This document shows, in pieces, positions 1 through 7,720 of a stretch of DNA of 64,000 nucleotides. The stretch is from Bacteroidales bacterium (GTDB taxonomy: Bacteria > Bacteroidota > Bacteroidia > Bacteroidales > UBA932): assembly GCA_017429765.1 (NCBI GenBank), contig JAFROJ010000074.1, positions 6,649-70,648 of the forward strand, read 5' to 3'. Made by a program: the position numbers and the translations under genes. The notes under the pieces were generated by a model. That model was given only the letters and a program-made list of their open reading frames with translations, ran no database searches and was not told where the DNA came from. Each line of letters opens with the position of its first letter. The stretch's first letter is position 1.

Positions 1-1
1 T

Positions 2-913
2 TCCTCCATCGAGGGACAGTCCAGGGCCTCCAATGTCGAGGAACTCATCAACAGCGCCGCCCGTTTTGTCGAGGAGCGTCGTGATGAGTACCTCCAAGGC
101 CTGATAGCGGACGGCACGATCGAGGATGAGTCGGAGGTGGAGTACCCGGTTGTGACCCTCGGGGATTTCCTCGAGAATATATCCCTTCTCTCGAATGTCG
201 ACATGGAGAGCGAGGAGGACACAATGAACAGGATAGCCTTGATGACAGTCCATTCCGCCAAGGGTCTGGAATTCCCCTATGTGTTCATCTCGGGGCTTGA
301 GGAGAACCTTTTCCCTTCCGGCGGCATGCTGACCTCGCTCGCCGACATCGAGGAGGAGAGACGTCTCATGTACGTCGGGATGACCAGGGCGAAGAAAGCC
401 CTCTACCTCTCTTTCGCCGGCACCAGGATGCGTAACGGCAAAAGGGAGTCCAATTCCCCCAGCCGTTTCATCAGGGAGATTGACTCGTCGTTCATCGCCA
501 ATCCTCTCAGGGAGGAGGTCTCGTTCGCGGATGACGATGAAGACGATTTCGGTTTCAGGAGACCTTTCAGGGGCTTCGGTTCCGGCGGCGTCCGTCATTT
601 CCCCTCTCCCCAAAGAGTCATCCCTTCACCAAAGAAAGATATTCCTTCACCCCAAAAGACCCTGTCCCCGGCCCCGTTGACGAGGGATGCCTTGAGAAAC
701 AGGCCCTTGCCCCCGAAGATTCCGGACTCGGAATTCATCCCTGTCCCCATGACGGAACTCAGGGAGGGACAGCGCGTCGAGCACAACCGCTTCGGCTTCG
801 GGAAAATCATCCAGATCACGGGAAGGGTTCCCGATTTGAAGGCCAAAATCGTTTTTGACGATTATGGTGAGAAGATTTTGTTGCTCAAATATGCGAAAAT
901 TCGACTTGAATAG
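2..913 (+). CDS. uvrD: ATP-dependent DNA helicase UvrD/PcrA family, C-terminal part (5' truncated by window)
   Basis: Frame is open from base 2. SF1 motifs LMTVHSAKGLEF and EEERRLMYVGMTRA; C-terminal Tudor-like domain GQRVEHNRFGFG. Confidence 0.93.
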   Translation, partial: SSIEGQSRASNVEELINSAARFVEERRDEYLQGLIADGTIEDESEVEYPVVTLGDFLENISLLSNVDMESEEDTMNRIALMTVHSAKGLEFPYVFISGLEENLFPSGGMLTSLADIEEERRLMYVGMTRAKKALYLSFAGTRMRNGKRESNSPSRFIREIDSSFIANPLREEVSFADDDEDDFGFRRPFRGFGSGGVRHFPSPQRVIPSPKKDIPSPQKTLSPAPLTRDALRNRPLPPKIPDSEFIPVPMTELREGQRVEHNRFGFGKIIQITGRVPDLKAKIVFDDYGEKILLLKYAKIRLE

Positions 914-949
914 TTGCTTTTAGTCGAAAATGACTATATTTAGGTCGAA

Positions 950-988
950 ATGTTAAAACGTTATGCCCATAAGCGTCATCATACCTGA
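950..988 (+). CDS. Histidine leader peptide MLKRYAHKRHHT (12 aa, not in ORF track)
   Basis: ATG TTA AAA CGT TAT GCC CAT AAG CGT CAT CAT ACC TGA: 3 His codons, the last two adjacent, directly upstream of an attenuator and hisD. Confidence 0.85.
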   Translation: MLKRYAHKRHHT

Positions 989-1061
989 CCCTCAAGGTCT
1001 GGTAATGTTTGGTGTGTAAGATTCGCATCGGCTTGCCAGACATGGTGAGCCGGTTTTTTTT
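980..1061 (+). promoter_or_regulatory. Ribosome-mediated transcription attenuator (his-type)
   Basis: Three alternative hairpins. Protector 980-990/996-1007; antiterminator GTCTGGTAA 997-1005 with TTGCCAGAC 1033-1041; terminator CGGCTTGCCA 1029-1038 / TGGTGAGCCG 1043-1052 followed by T8 (1054-1061). Confidence 0.85.
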
Positions 1062-1093
1062 GCCGGGTGATAACGAGAATAATAGATCGAGGC

Positions 1094-2362
1094 ATGAGAA
1101 TATTTGTTGAACCAGACAAACGGCAATGGAAGTACCTGTCCAGTCGTGTGACACGGGAGGACTCCATGCTGGAGTGGCGTGTCTCCACTATTCTCGAGAG
1201 AATCAAGAAGGGAGGCGACACCGCTTTGAAAGAGGTGATCAATGAGGTGGAAAGCTTCCTCCCCACGGAGTTGAAGGTCTCTGAGACTGAGTTCGAGACC
1301 GCCAGAAGGAAAGTGCCTGAGGATCTGAAGGAGGCCATCAACGCCGCCGGGAGACTCGACGCTTTCCATCGGCTGGAGGTCCCCGGGGAGGTGGAGTGGA
1401 CCGACCAAATAGGCGTGACCTGCCGTCGCCGCTTCCTTCCTGTGAGGAGGGTTGGGTTGTATATTCCCGAAGGAGCCGCTCCTTTGTTCTCCTTCGTGCT
1501 GATGCTGGGAGTCCCTTCCATGATCGCGGGCTGCCCCGAGAGGGTTATCTGCACCCCTCCGTCCAGTCACGGGACAGTGGATCCGTCCATCCTGTACGCC
1601 GCCTCGGTCTGCGGCATCAAGGACGTTTTCAAGATCGGGGGGGCGCAGGCTATCGCCGCTATGGCCTACGGCACGAATATTATCAGCAAGGTTGACAAGA
1701 TATTCGGCCCCGGCAACAGTATCGTCGCGAAAGCCAATGGAATAGTGAGCAAGGAGGGTGTGGCCGTCGATCTTCCGGCCGGCCCATCCGAGCTGATGGT
1801 GCTTTCGGACGAGAGCGCCAATGTCACTTTCATGGCGGCGGATCTCCTGTCGCGGGCGGAGAACGGGCCGGACAGCCAGGTGGTCCTGCTGTGCGAGAGT
1901 GTCACGACCGCGAGGCGTGTGATCCAGGAGATGGAGACGCTGAAAGGTAAGCTTCCAAGGAAAGACATAGTGGAAGCCGCGTTGGCCGAGAGCAGGATAA
2001 TAGTGTTCGGGAATATCGAGGACAGGATCGCTTTCGCCAACCTTTACGCCCCCGGGCGCCTGATCCTGGCCGTGGAGAACCCCGAGGAAGTGGCGTTGAG
2101 GATAGAGGCGGCCGGAAGCGTTTTCCTTGGGCACTATTCTCCGGACAGCGCCGGAGACTACGTCTGCGGAACCAATCAAATCCTGCCTTCAGGAGGTCAA
2201 GCCACAGCTTGGAGCGGTGTTGGGGTGGAGAGTTTCATGCGAGCCGTCACTTACCAGTCATTGACCAAGGAAGGTTTGGCTTCCCTGTCGGGAACCATCA
2301 TCACGATGGCGGAGGCGGAGATGTCGCAAGCCAGGGCGGAGACGGTGAAAATCAGGTTATAG
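1094..2362 (+). CDS. hisD: Histidinol dehydrogenase homologue with substituted active site (probable pseudoenzyme)
   Basis: HisD motifs GAQAIAAMAYGT, VDKIFGPGN, PAGPSE, GDY are kept. SQAEH->SRAEN, APEHL->APGRL, GTNH->GTNQ, and the C-terminal AH->AR. ATG 1094 preferred over GTG 1067. Confidence 0.9.
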   Translation: MRIFVEPDKRQWKYLSSRVTREDSMLEWRVSTILERIKKGGDTALKEVINEVESFLPTELKVSETEFETARRKVPEDLKEAINAAGRLDAFHRLEVPGEVEWTDQIGVTCRRRFLPVRRVGLYIPEGAAPLFSFVLMLGVPSMIAGCPERVICTPPSSHGTVDPSILYAASVCGIKDVFKIGGAQAIAAMAYGTNIISKVDKIFGPGNSIVAKANGIVSKEGVAVDLPAGPSELMVLSDESANVTFMAADLLSRAENGPDSQVVLLCESVTTARRVIQEMETLKGKLPRKDIVEAALAESRIIVFGNIEDRIAFANLYAPGRLILAVENPEEVALRIEAAGSVFLGHYSPDSAGDYVCGTNQILPSGGQATAWSGVGVESFMRAVTYQSLTKEGLASLSGTIITMAEAEMSQARAETVKIRL

Positions 2363-2426
2363 GAAAAAATTCTTTACTTTCTTGAGAAAAAAAACGACAA
2401 ATAATTGTTCGTATCAAAAGAATTCG

Positions 2427-2434
2427 TATATTTG
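2427..2434 (+). promoter_or_regulatory. Bacteroidota sigma-A -7 box
   Basis: TATATTTG matches TAnnTTTG; TTG at 2405-2407 lies 19 nt upstream. Confidence 0.7.
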
Positions 2435-2438
2435 AGGT

Positions 2439-2510
2439 GAAGTTTTTCATAGTTTAAGTTTAGGTTAAGTAGCGGAGCGATCGCAGTGACTGCGATTGCT
2501 CCGTGTTTTT
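2439..2510 (+). ncRNA. Candidate ~70-nt small RNA
   Basis: Own promoter, an AU-rich unstructured 5' half (GAAGTTTTTCATAGTTTAAGTTTAGGTTAAG), a 14-bp terminal hairpin with U-tail, and no ORF. The 5' end is estimated. Confidence 0.65.
2473..2510 (+). terminator. Intrinsic terminator
   Basis: CGGAGCGATCGCAG-TGA-CTGCGATTGCTCCG followed by TGTTTTT. Confidence 0.85.
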
Positions 2511-2657
2511 ATGCCATCCGTCGCGCTGGAAACAGAAATTCTTGTTTTCGCGCGATGTTTTTCTTTTTCCCTCGATTTTTTCTGTTTTGTCTCCCTAGAT
2601 TCGCGGAAGGTCGGCCTGGCGGCCGCCCTTAACCAATTGACAATGAAACTATAAACT

Positions 2658-3755
2658 ATGAAAGCTTTTGTTCGAATTATCAGGGTGGCGTTCATGACGC
2701 TCATGGCCCTTTCCCTGGTCGCTTCCTGCAACAAGATCCCGTCTGACTCAGGCCAGGGGACCCTGCGATGGAGTCTCTCCCCTGACGTCCTGACCAGATC
2801 CCCTCTGGAGCTGCCTGACACTGATTCTTTCAGGCTCAAGGTCGTCAACTCCGCGAATGTGGTACTTTATGAGGGGAGGTACGGGGACTCGCCGGAATCC
2901 ATGCTTGTGAATCCCGGCACTTACACTGTCAGTGTTGTCTCCAGGTTGTTCGAGACCCCGGAGTTCGACGCTCCGCAGTTCGGCGACGAGCAGGTGGTCG
3001 TGGTGCAGGCCGGGTCTGAGACGAGCGCCCGCCTCGAGTGTTCCCAACTCAACTCCGGGCTGCGTCTGAGATTCGACCGGGATTTCGGGGAGACCTATCC
3101 TGGCCGGCTGCTCTTCGTGGACTCGCCGGAAGGCGGCCTGTCCTATTCCCCATCTGAGTCCAGGACCGGTTTCTTCAAGCCAGGCAATGTCTCGATATCG
3201 ATGAGGGACGGCACCGCCACCACTCCCTTGCTGACACGGAATCTCTCCGCCAGGGAGATCCTGACCATAGGGATAACTTGCCCCTCGGGGGGCGGTCAAG
3301 GGACATCCCAGGGAGGCTCGCTTTCAATCAGCGTGGACACCTTGAGGACCTGGACCGAGGAGGAATACCAGATAGGCTCCCAAGGTCAGGGTGAGGCCGG
3401 GACAACCCCCGGGAGGGCCTATGGGGTCTCCCAGGTCAAGGATCACGCCGGAGAGAAAGGGGTCTGGGTCGTGGGCTATATAGTCGGGGGAGACCTGTCC
3501 TCCGGACAGAACGGGATCAAGTTCGAGGGCCCCTTCGAGTCGCTCACTAACATAGCTATAGCGTCCAGGTCCTCGGTGTCTGAGAAAGCCTCCTGCGTCT
3601 CGGTCCAACTGGCGAAGGGGAGCATAAGGGACGAATTGAACCTGGTCCAGAATCCCGGCAACCTTGGCAGGAAGATCTATCTGAAAGGGGACATAGAGGC
3701 GGCGTACTACAGTCTTCCCGGTCTCAAGAACTTGACCGCTTACTCTTTCCAGTGA
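2658..3755 (+). CDS. Lipoprotein, DUF4493-like N-terminus and DUF6359-like C-terminus
   Basis: Lipobox LVASC. C-terminal VWVVGYIVGG...VQLAKGSIRDELNL...GRKIYLKGDIEAAYY resembles DUF6359; assignment from recall. Confidence 0.65.
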   Translation: MKAFVRIIRVAFMTLMALSLVASCNKIPSDSGQGTLRWSLSPDVLTRSPLELPDTDSFRLKVVNSANVVLYEGRYGDSPESMLVNPGTYTVSVVSRLFETPEFDAPQFGDEQVVVVQAGSETSARLECSQLNSGLRLRFDRDFGETYPGRLLFVDSPEGGLSYSPSESRTGFFKPGNVSISMRDGTATTPLLTRNLSAREILTIGITCPSGGGQGTSQGGSLSISVDTLRTWTEEEYQIGSQGQGEAGTTPGRAYGVSQVKDHAGEKGVWVVGYIVGGDLSSGQNGIKFEGPFESLTNIAIASRSSVSEKASCVSVQLAKGSIRDELNLVQNPGNLGRKIYLKGDIEAAYYSLPGLKNLTAYSFQ

Positions 3756-3789
3756 CATCAATCTCATTATAAACAGAAATAACTTGCTG

Positions 3790-4971
3790 ATGAAAAACAT
3801 TCTCATTCTGGCGACTCTCTCTGTCGCCTTCCTATGCCCTTTCCGGGCATATTCCCAAGACAGGCCCCGGGCTGTCGAGCTCGGTCTCGGAGGCTCTGCC
3901 ATCAATCACACGAGGACAGTTGTCTCGAATTTCCACCAGACAGCCAGTGGAAACTATGTGTTCTCGTTGGAGCAGAAACAATTCTATGGCGGAGTCAACC
4001 TGTATTCCGCTTTCGAGCTGAAAGATTGGCTCTATCTCGATTTACAGGGTACTTTCGGATCGGCGACTTATTATGACGCGGGCGAGAGGAAGCGCGGTTT
4101 CTCTTTCATGGCCGGCCCGGGAGTCCAGTTCCGCCCTTTCACATGGAGCGAGTGGGTGAGTCCTTTCCTCCGGCTCGGCGTTAACTACTACCGGAAGAAT
4201 TTCCCCACGTGCTATTTCGGACGCTTCGAGGGGGATGTCACAAAAGAGTCGGAGTGGAGGGCGGAGGACGCCTGGAACAAGGGCTTCACCTTCGACACCC
4301 GCTCCTATGTTCCTTTGACGGCTGGAGTCGGCCTTGTGGGCTGGCTCGGCGACAGGATAGGTGTCAAGATTGAGGGGGACTACATGAGATCCCTCGGCGT
4401 GAAAGGGGCCAATTTCGCGATGGGGACAGCCGGACTCGTGTACCGGATCGGAGGGAAGAGTAAGAGACCCTTGACTGAGCCCGCGAGAGTCGTGGAGAAG
4501 GTCGTGGAGAAAGAGGTTGTGAGAGAGGTCCCTGTCGAGAAAGTCAAGGAGGTCGTCAAGGAGATTGTCAAGGAGGTCCCATTCGAGAAGACCCTTGCCG
4601 AGCTCATGGACAACGTCACCTTTGATTTTGACAAGGCTGACATCACTCCGGGAAGCGAGGCTGTCCTGGACGAGGTCGCCAAGGTGATCCTGATGTTCCC
4701 GGAGAGCAGGTTCCTGATCTGCGGGCACACGGACGCCAAGGGAGACGAAAGGTACAACGAGAGGTTGTCCGAGGCCCGGGCTAAGGCCGTTCGGGACGCT
4801 CTTGTGGAGAGAGGGGTTCCTGAGTCGATGCTATGTCACAGGGGGTTCGGGAAGCGGGCCGCCCTGGTGCCAAGAGACGCGGACGATGAGTTGAGGCGCG
4901 GCGACAGGAAGGTAGTGATTGAGCCCGTGACATGGGAACCTTTGTGGAAATACTTGAAAAACAACGATTAA
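3790..4971 (+). CDS. OmpA family outer membrane protein (beta-barrel plus peptidoglycan-binding domain)
   Basis: Signal peptide, aromatic-rich beta strands, V/E/K-rich linker, and VTFDFDKA...GHTDAKGDERYNERLSEARAKAV. Confidence 0.9.
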   Translation: MKNILILATLSVAFLCPFRAYSQDRPRAVELGLGGSAINHTRTVVSNFHQTASGNYVFSLEQKQFYGGVNLYSAFELKDWLYLDLQGTFGSATYYDAGERKRGFSFMAGPGVQFRPFTWSEWVSPFLRLGVNYYRKNFPTCYFGRFEGDVTKESEWRAEDAWNKGFTFDTRSYVPLTAGVGLVGWLGDRIGVKIEGDYMRSLGVKGANFAMGTAGLVYRIGGKSKRPLTEPARVVEKVVEKEVVREVPVEKVKEVVKEIVKEVPFEKTLAELMDNVTFDFDKADITPGSEAVLDEVAKVILMFPESRFLICGHTDAKGDERYNERLSEARAKAVRDALVERGVPESMLCHRGFGKRAALVPRDADDELRRGDRKVVIEPVTWEPLWKYLKNND

Positions 4972-4982
4972 ACTTTAAACTA

Positions 4983-7697
4983 ATGAAAAACTTCATCAAA
5001 TTGTCAGCGGCCGCGATTCTGGGAGCCGCGGTGGTGTTGTCATGCACAAGGCTGGACGTGACTCTTCCTGAGGGACCGAGGGGAGAGCAGGGAATCCAGG
5101 GTGAGTCGGGAGTCGCGGGGAAGACCGCCTACGAGGTCTGGAAGGAATATATCGCCTCAGGCGATGTCGATGACCCCTCAGGTGACGGAGGGAAATGGGA
5201 TCCTGGCAGGAACACTGTCCATGACTTCTTCACATTCCTGGTCGGGCCGAAAGGCGACGATGGCCAGGACGGCAGGGACGGGAAAGACGGGAAAGACGGC
5301 CGTGACGGTAAGGATGGCCGTGACGGGGAGGACGGCCTGATCCCTTACATCGGCGAGAACGGGAATTGGTTCATCGGGGATGAGGACACGGGAGTCCCGG
5401 CCAGGGGAGACAAAGGTGACAAGGGCGACGGGGGACTGTCCGCCTACGACCTCTGGAAAGAGTCGGTTCTCTCCGAGGAGGGCCTGGTCAATCCCGGGAA
5501 CGGGGTGTACGACCCCGATGAATATCCCTTCTGGCCTGTCGACGCGGTCAGCGAGGCTGATTTCTTCCTCTATCTCCACGGTGTCAAGGGAGATGACGGC
5601 AAGTCCGCCTACGAGCTGTGGAAAGAGTACATATCCTCCGGAGATGTGGAGAATCCGCAGGTCCCCGGGACCATGTGGGATCCTGAGGACAACAGCCTGC
5701 ATGACTATTATGTCTTCCTGACCGGCCCCAAGGGCGATGACGGCCTCATCCCTTACATCGGTGCGAACGGCGACTGGTTCATCGGTGATGTTGACACCGG
5801 AGTCCCGGCCAGGGGACAGGATGGCGCCGATGGCCGGGACGGGACAGACGGTCGTGACGGAACTGACGGTCGTGACGGAACAGACGGGCGTGACGGTCAG
5901 GACGGCAAGGACGGCGCGACCCCCTACATCGGGGCGAACGGCGACTGGTTCATCGGCGATGTGGACACCGGAGTCCCGGCCAAGGGACAGGACGGTGCCG
6001 ACGGAAAAGACGGTTTTGACGGAAAAGACGGCGCTGACGGCGCTGATGGAAAAGACGGCGCGGACGGCAAATCGGCCTATGAGATCTGGAAAGAGGATGT
6101 CCTTTCCGAGTCAGGTCTGGCTAATCCAGGGAACGGAGTCTATGATGTTTCCGAATACCCCAAATGGCCCGCGACGGCGGTCTCACTCGCCGACTTCTGG
6201 CTGTATCTGAGGGGACGGGACGGAGCGGACGGGCAGAACGGCTCGGACGGTACCGCCCACGCCCTCGCCGACACGGCCTATGTCGACAGGGTCGATCCCG
6301 GGATGTACAATGTCTCGCCCGTGATAGCTCTTGGGAAGACCATCGGCGGAACCGTTGAGTATGAATATGTTAACCCTGTCTCAGGAGGCGCGGCCTTCAT
6401 AGTCACCGGCCCGGGTCCTGTGATCATTCCGGATTGCGAGGTAGTGTTCAAGGACATGTCAGGAAGCAAGACCTACACCAAGAGATCCGACTCCCAGGGA
6501 TATGTCTACCTGACAAGGGAGGAGCTTCCTGAGTGGTCCGAGGGACTTCCCAGCGCAAAGGACACTCCCGGGAACCTTTCATCTGGTGTGAGGCCTGTCT
6601 CGTTCAAGTACGGCTCGACCGAGGTCACGGACCAGTCGAGGATCGCCGCCACTTGCAAGGTACCCTATAGAGTGGGTCTTTCCGTGGTGACGGAAAGAGG
6701 CTCGATCTATGACTATGCCGCCCACGCCGCTTTCCGTGTCTACAGGATCGTGGAGGGAGTCACCGAGAGCGAGGCGTTCATCAATTACAGGAATGTGGTC
6801 TCGCATTGGAATTATAACTCATCGTCAAGGGGCTATTGGCCCACCGTCAACTCCGCGTTCAGATATTACCGGAAAGGCGCTGACATCCTTCTCTCCAGGA
6901 TCTCGTCAGGCTATTCTCTTGACTCCGATCTGTCATCGCTGGAGGGGGACGACCTGACCGATTGGTTCTCGGACCTTAACCACATCTGCGGCCAGAAGAA
7001 TTACGACTACGCCATGCAAAGGGCGAAGGTCGCCCGGGCGAGGGTCAGGAACGGGGAGGTGTCCTGGTTCAGGGCCGGGTTCGGTGACGGCCCGGAGCCC
7101 TCGGTCGTGGGTGTGTACGACCTGCTGCTGAGGTATGACGGCGGGGTCGCGGCTTCCGGCGCCGGCGAGCTTCTCCCGGACTACGGCCTGAAGGTCTCCG
7201 ACTCGGCCAGAGAGGTTATGAATCCCCCGTATTACACTATGCCTCAGGGAGTTCAGGGTGAATACGTGTGGGACTCCGGCCACACCAGCCTGACCCTTGG
7301 CCTGTCGGACATCGACGCCTTGAAGTCCGTCACGACCTACTCCGGAGGCGATTGGGACGCGGAGGGCGTCAGGTACAATTTCGAGGCGGGGACTTTCGGG
7401 GAACGTTACAGCAACGGGGCCTCGACCAAATTCACCGTGAGCGGGAAGTACTCCGGCACGACCATCAACAGCACAGTCGGTTTCCCTTTGTACGAGTCCT
7501 TGGACCTGAAGGATGTCTATGACGGGTTCAACCTCTCTGTGGCGGACTTCGTGGACGGGTCGGTGATGCTTGGTGGTTTCTCGGGGAAATTCGCGACGAA
7601 TCTCCCGAATGTTGACTCCGCCTCCGATGCCACCGCGTCTGCTTTCGGCAGCGCCCTTTCTGTCGATGTGAAAAACGTCTCCAATATAGGAGAATAA
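4983..7697 (+). CDS. Large collagen-like repeat surface lipoprotein (904 aa)
   Basis: Lipobox VLSC (Cys21). Eight Gly-X-Y blocks are interleaved with repeated modules AY(E/D)xWKE and PYIGxNGxWFIGD. Start ATG 4983. Confidence 0.85.
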   Translation: MKNFIKLSAAAILGAAVVLSCTRLDVTLPEGPRGEQGIQGESGVAGKTAYEVWKEYIASGDVDDPSGDGGKWDPGRNTVHDFFTFLVGPKGDDGQDGRDGKDGKDGRDGKDGRDGEDGLIPYIGENGNWFIGDEDTGVPARGDKGDKGDGGLSAYDLWKESVLSEEGLVNPGNGVYDPDEYPFWPVDAVSEADFFLYLHGVKGDDGKSAYELWKEYISSGDVENPQVPGTMWDPEDNSLHDYYVFLTGPKGDDGLIPYIGANGDWFIGDVDTGVPARGQDGADGRDGTDGRDGTDGRDGTDGRDGQDGKDGATPYIGANGDWFIGDVDTGVPAKGQDGADGKDGFDGKDGADGADGKDGADGKSAYEIWKEDVLSESGLANPGNGVYDVSEYPKWPATAVSLADFWLYLRGRDGADGQNGSDGTAHALADTAYVDRVDPGMYNVSPVIALGKTIGGTVEYEYVNPVSGGAAFIVTGPGPVIIPDCEVVFKDMSGSKTYTKRSDSQGYVYLTREELPEWSEGLPSAKDTPGNLSSGVRPVSFKYGSTEVTDQSRIAATCKVPYRVGLSVVTERGSIYDYAAHAAFRVYRIVEGVTESEAFINYRNVVSHWNYNSSSRGYWPTVNSAFRYYRKGADILLSRISSGYSLDSDLSSLEGDDLTDWFSDLNHICGQKNYDYAMQRAKVARARVRNGEVSWFRAGFGDGPEPSVVGVYDLLLRYDGGVAASGAGELLPDYGLKVSDSAREVMNPPYYTMPQGVQGEYVWDSGHTSLTLGLSDIDALKSVTTYSGGDWDAEGVRYNFEAGTFGERYSNGASTKFTVSGKYSGTTINSTVGFPLYESLDLKDVYDGFNLSVADFVDGSVMLGGFSGKFATNLPNVDSASDATASAFGSALSVDVKNVSNIGE
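5073..6250 (+). repeat. Intragenic modular repeats: Gly-X-Y tracts plus three knob types
   Basis: PYIGxNGxWFIGDxDTGVPA x3 (near 5340, 5748, 5922), also similar at DNA level. AYExWKEYIxSGDV x2 and AYxxWKExVLSExGLxNPGNGVY x2. Confidence 0.9.
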
Positions 7698-7720
7698 ATA
7701 AAAATGGCTATATTGGCGCC

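Noticed and set aside
885-1154. Minus-strand 89-aa ORF containing several His residues
   Set aside because: Antisense to the attenuator; the plus-strand leader and hairpins explain the region.
2465-2848. 127-aa minus-strand ORF across the sRNA terminator
   Set aside because: Low-complexity translation of T-tracts, overlapping a real gene antisense.
5073-6250. Repeats considered as a CRISPR array or DGR-type repeat
   Set aside because: They are in-frame protein repeats with synonymous variation, with no constant repeat-spacer period and no cas or reverse transcriptase gene nearby.
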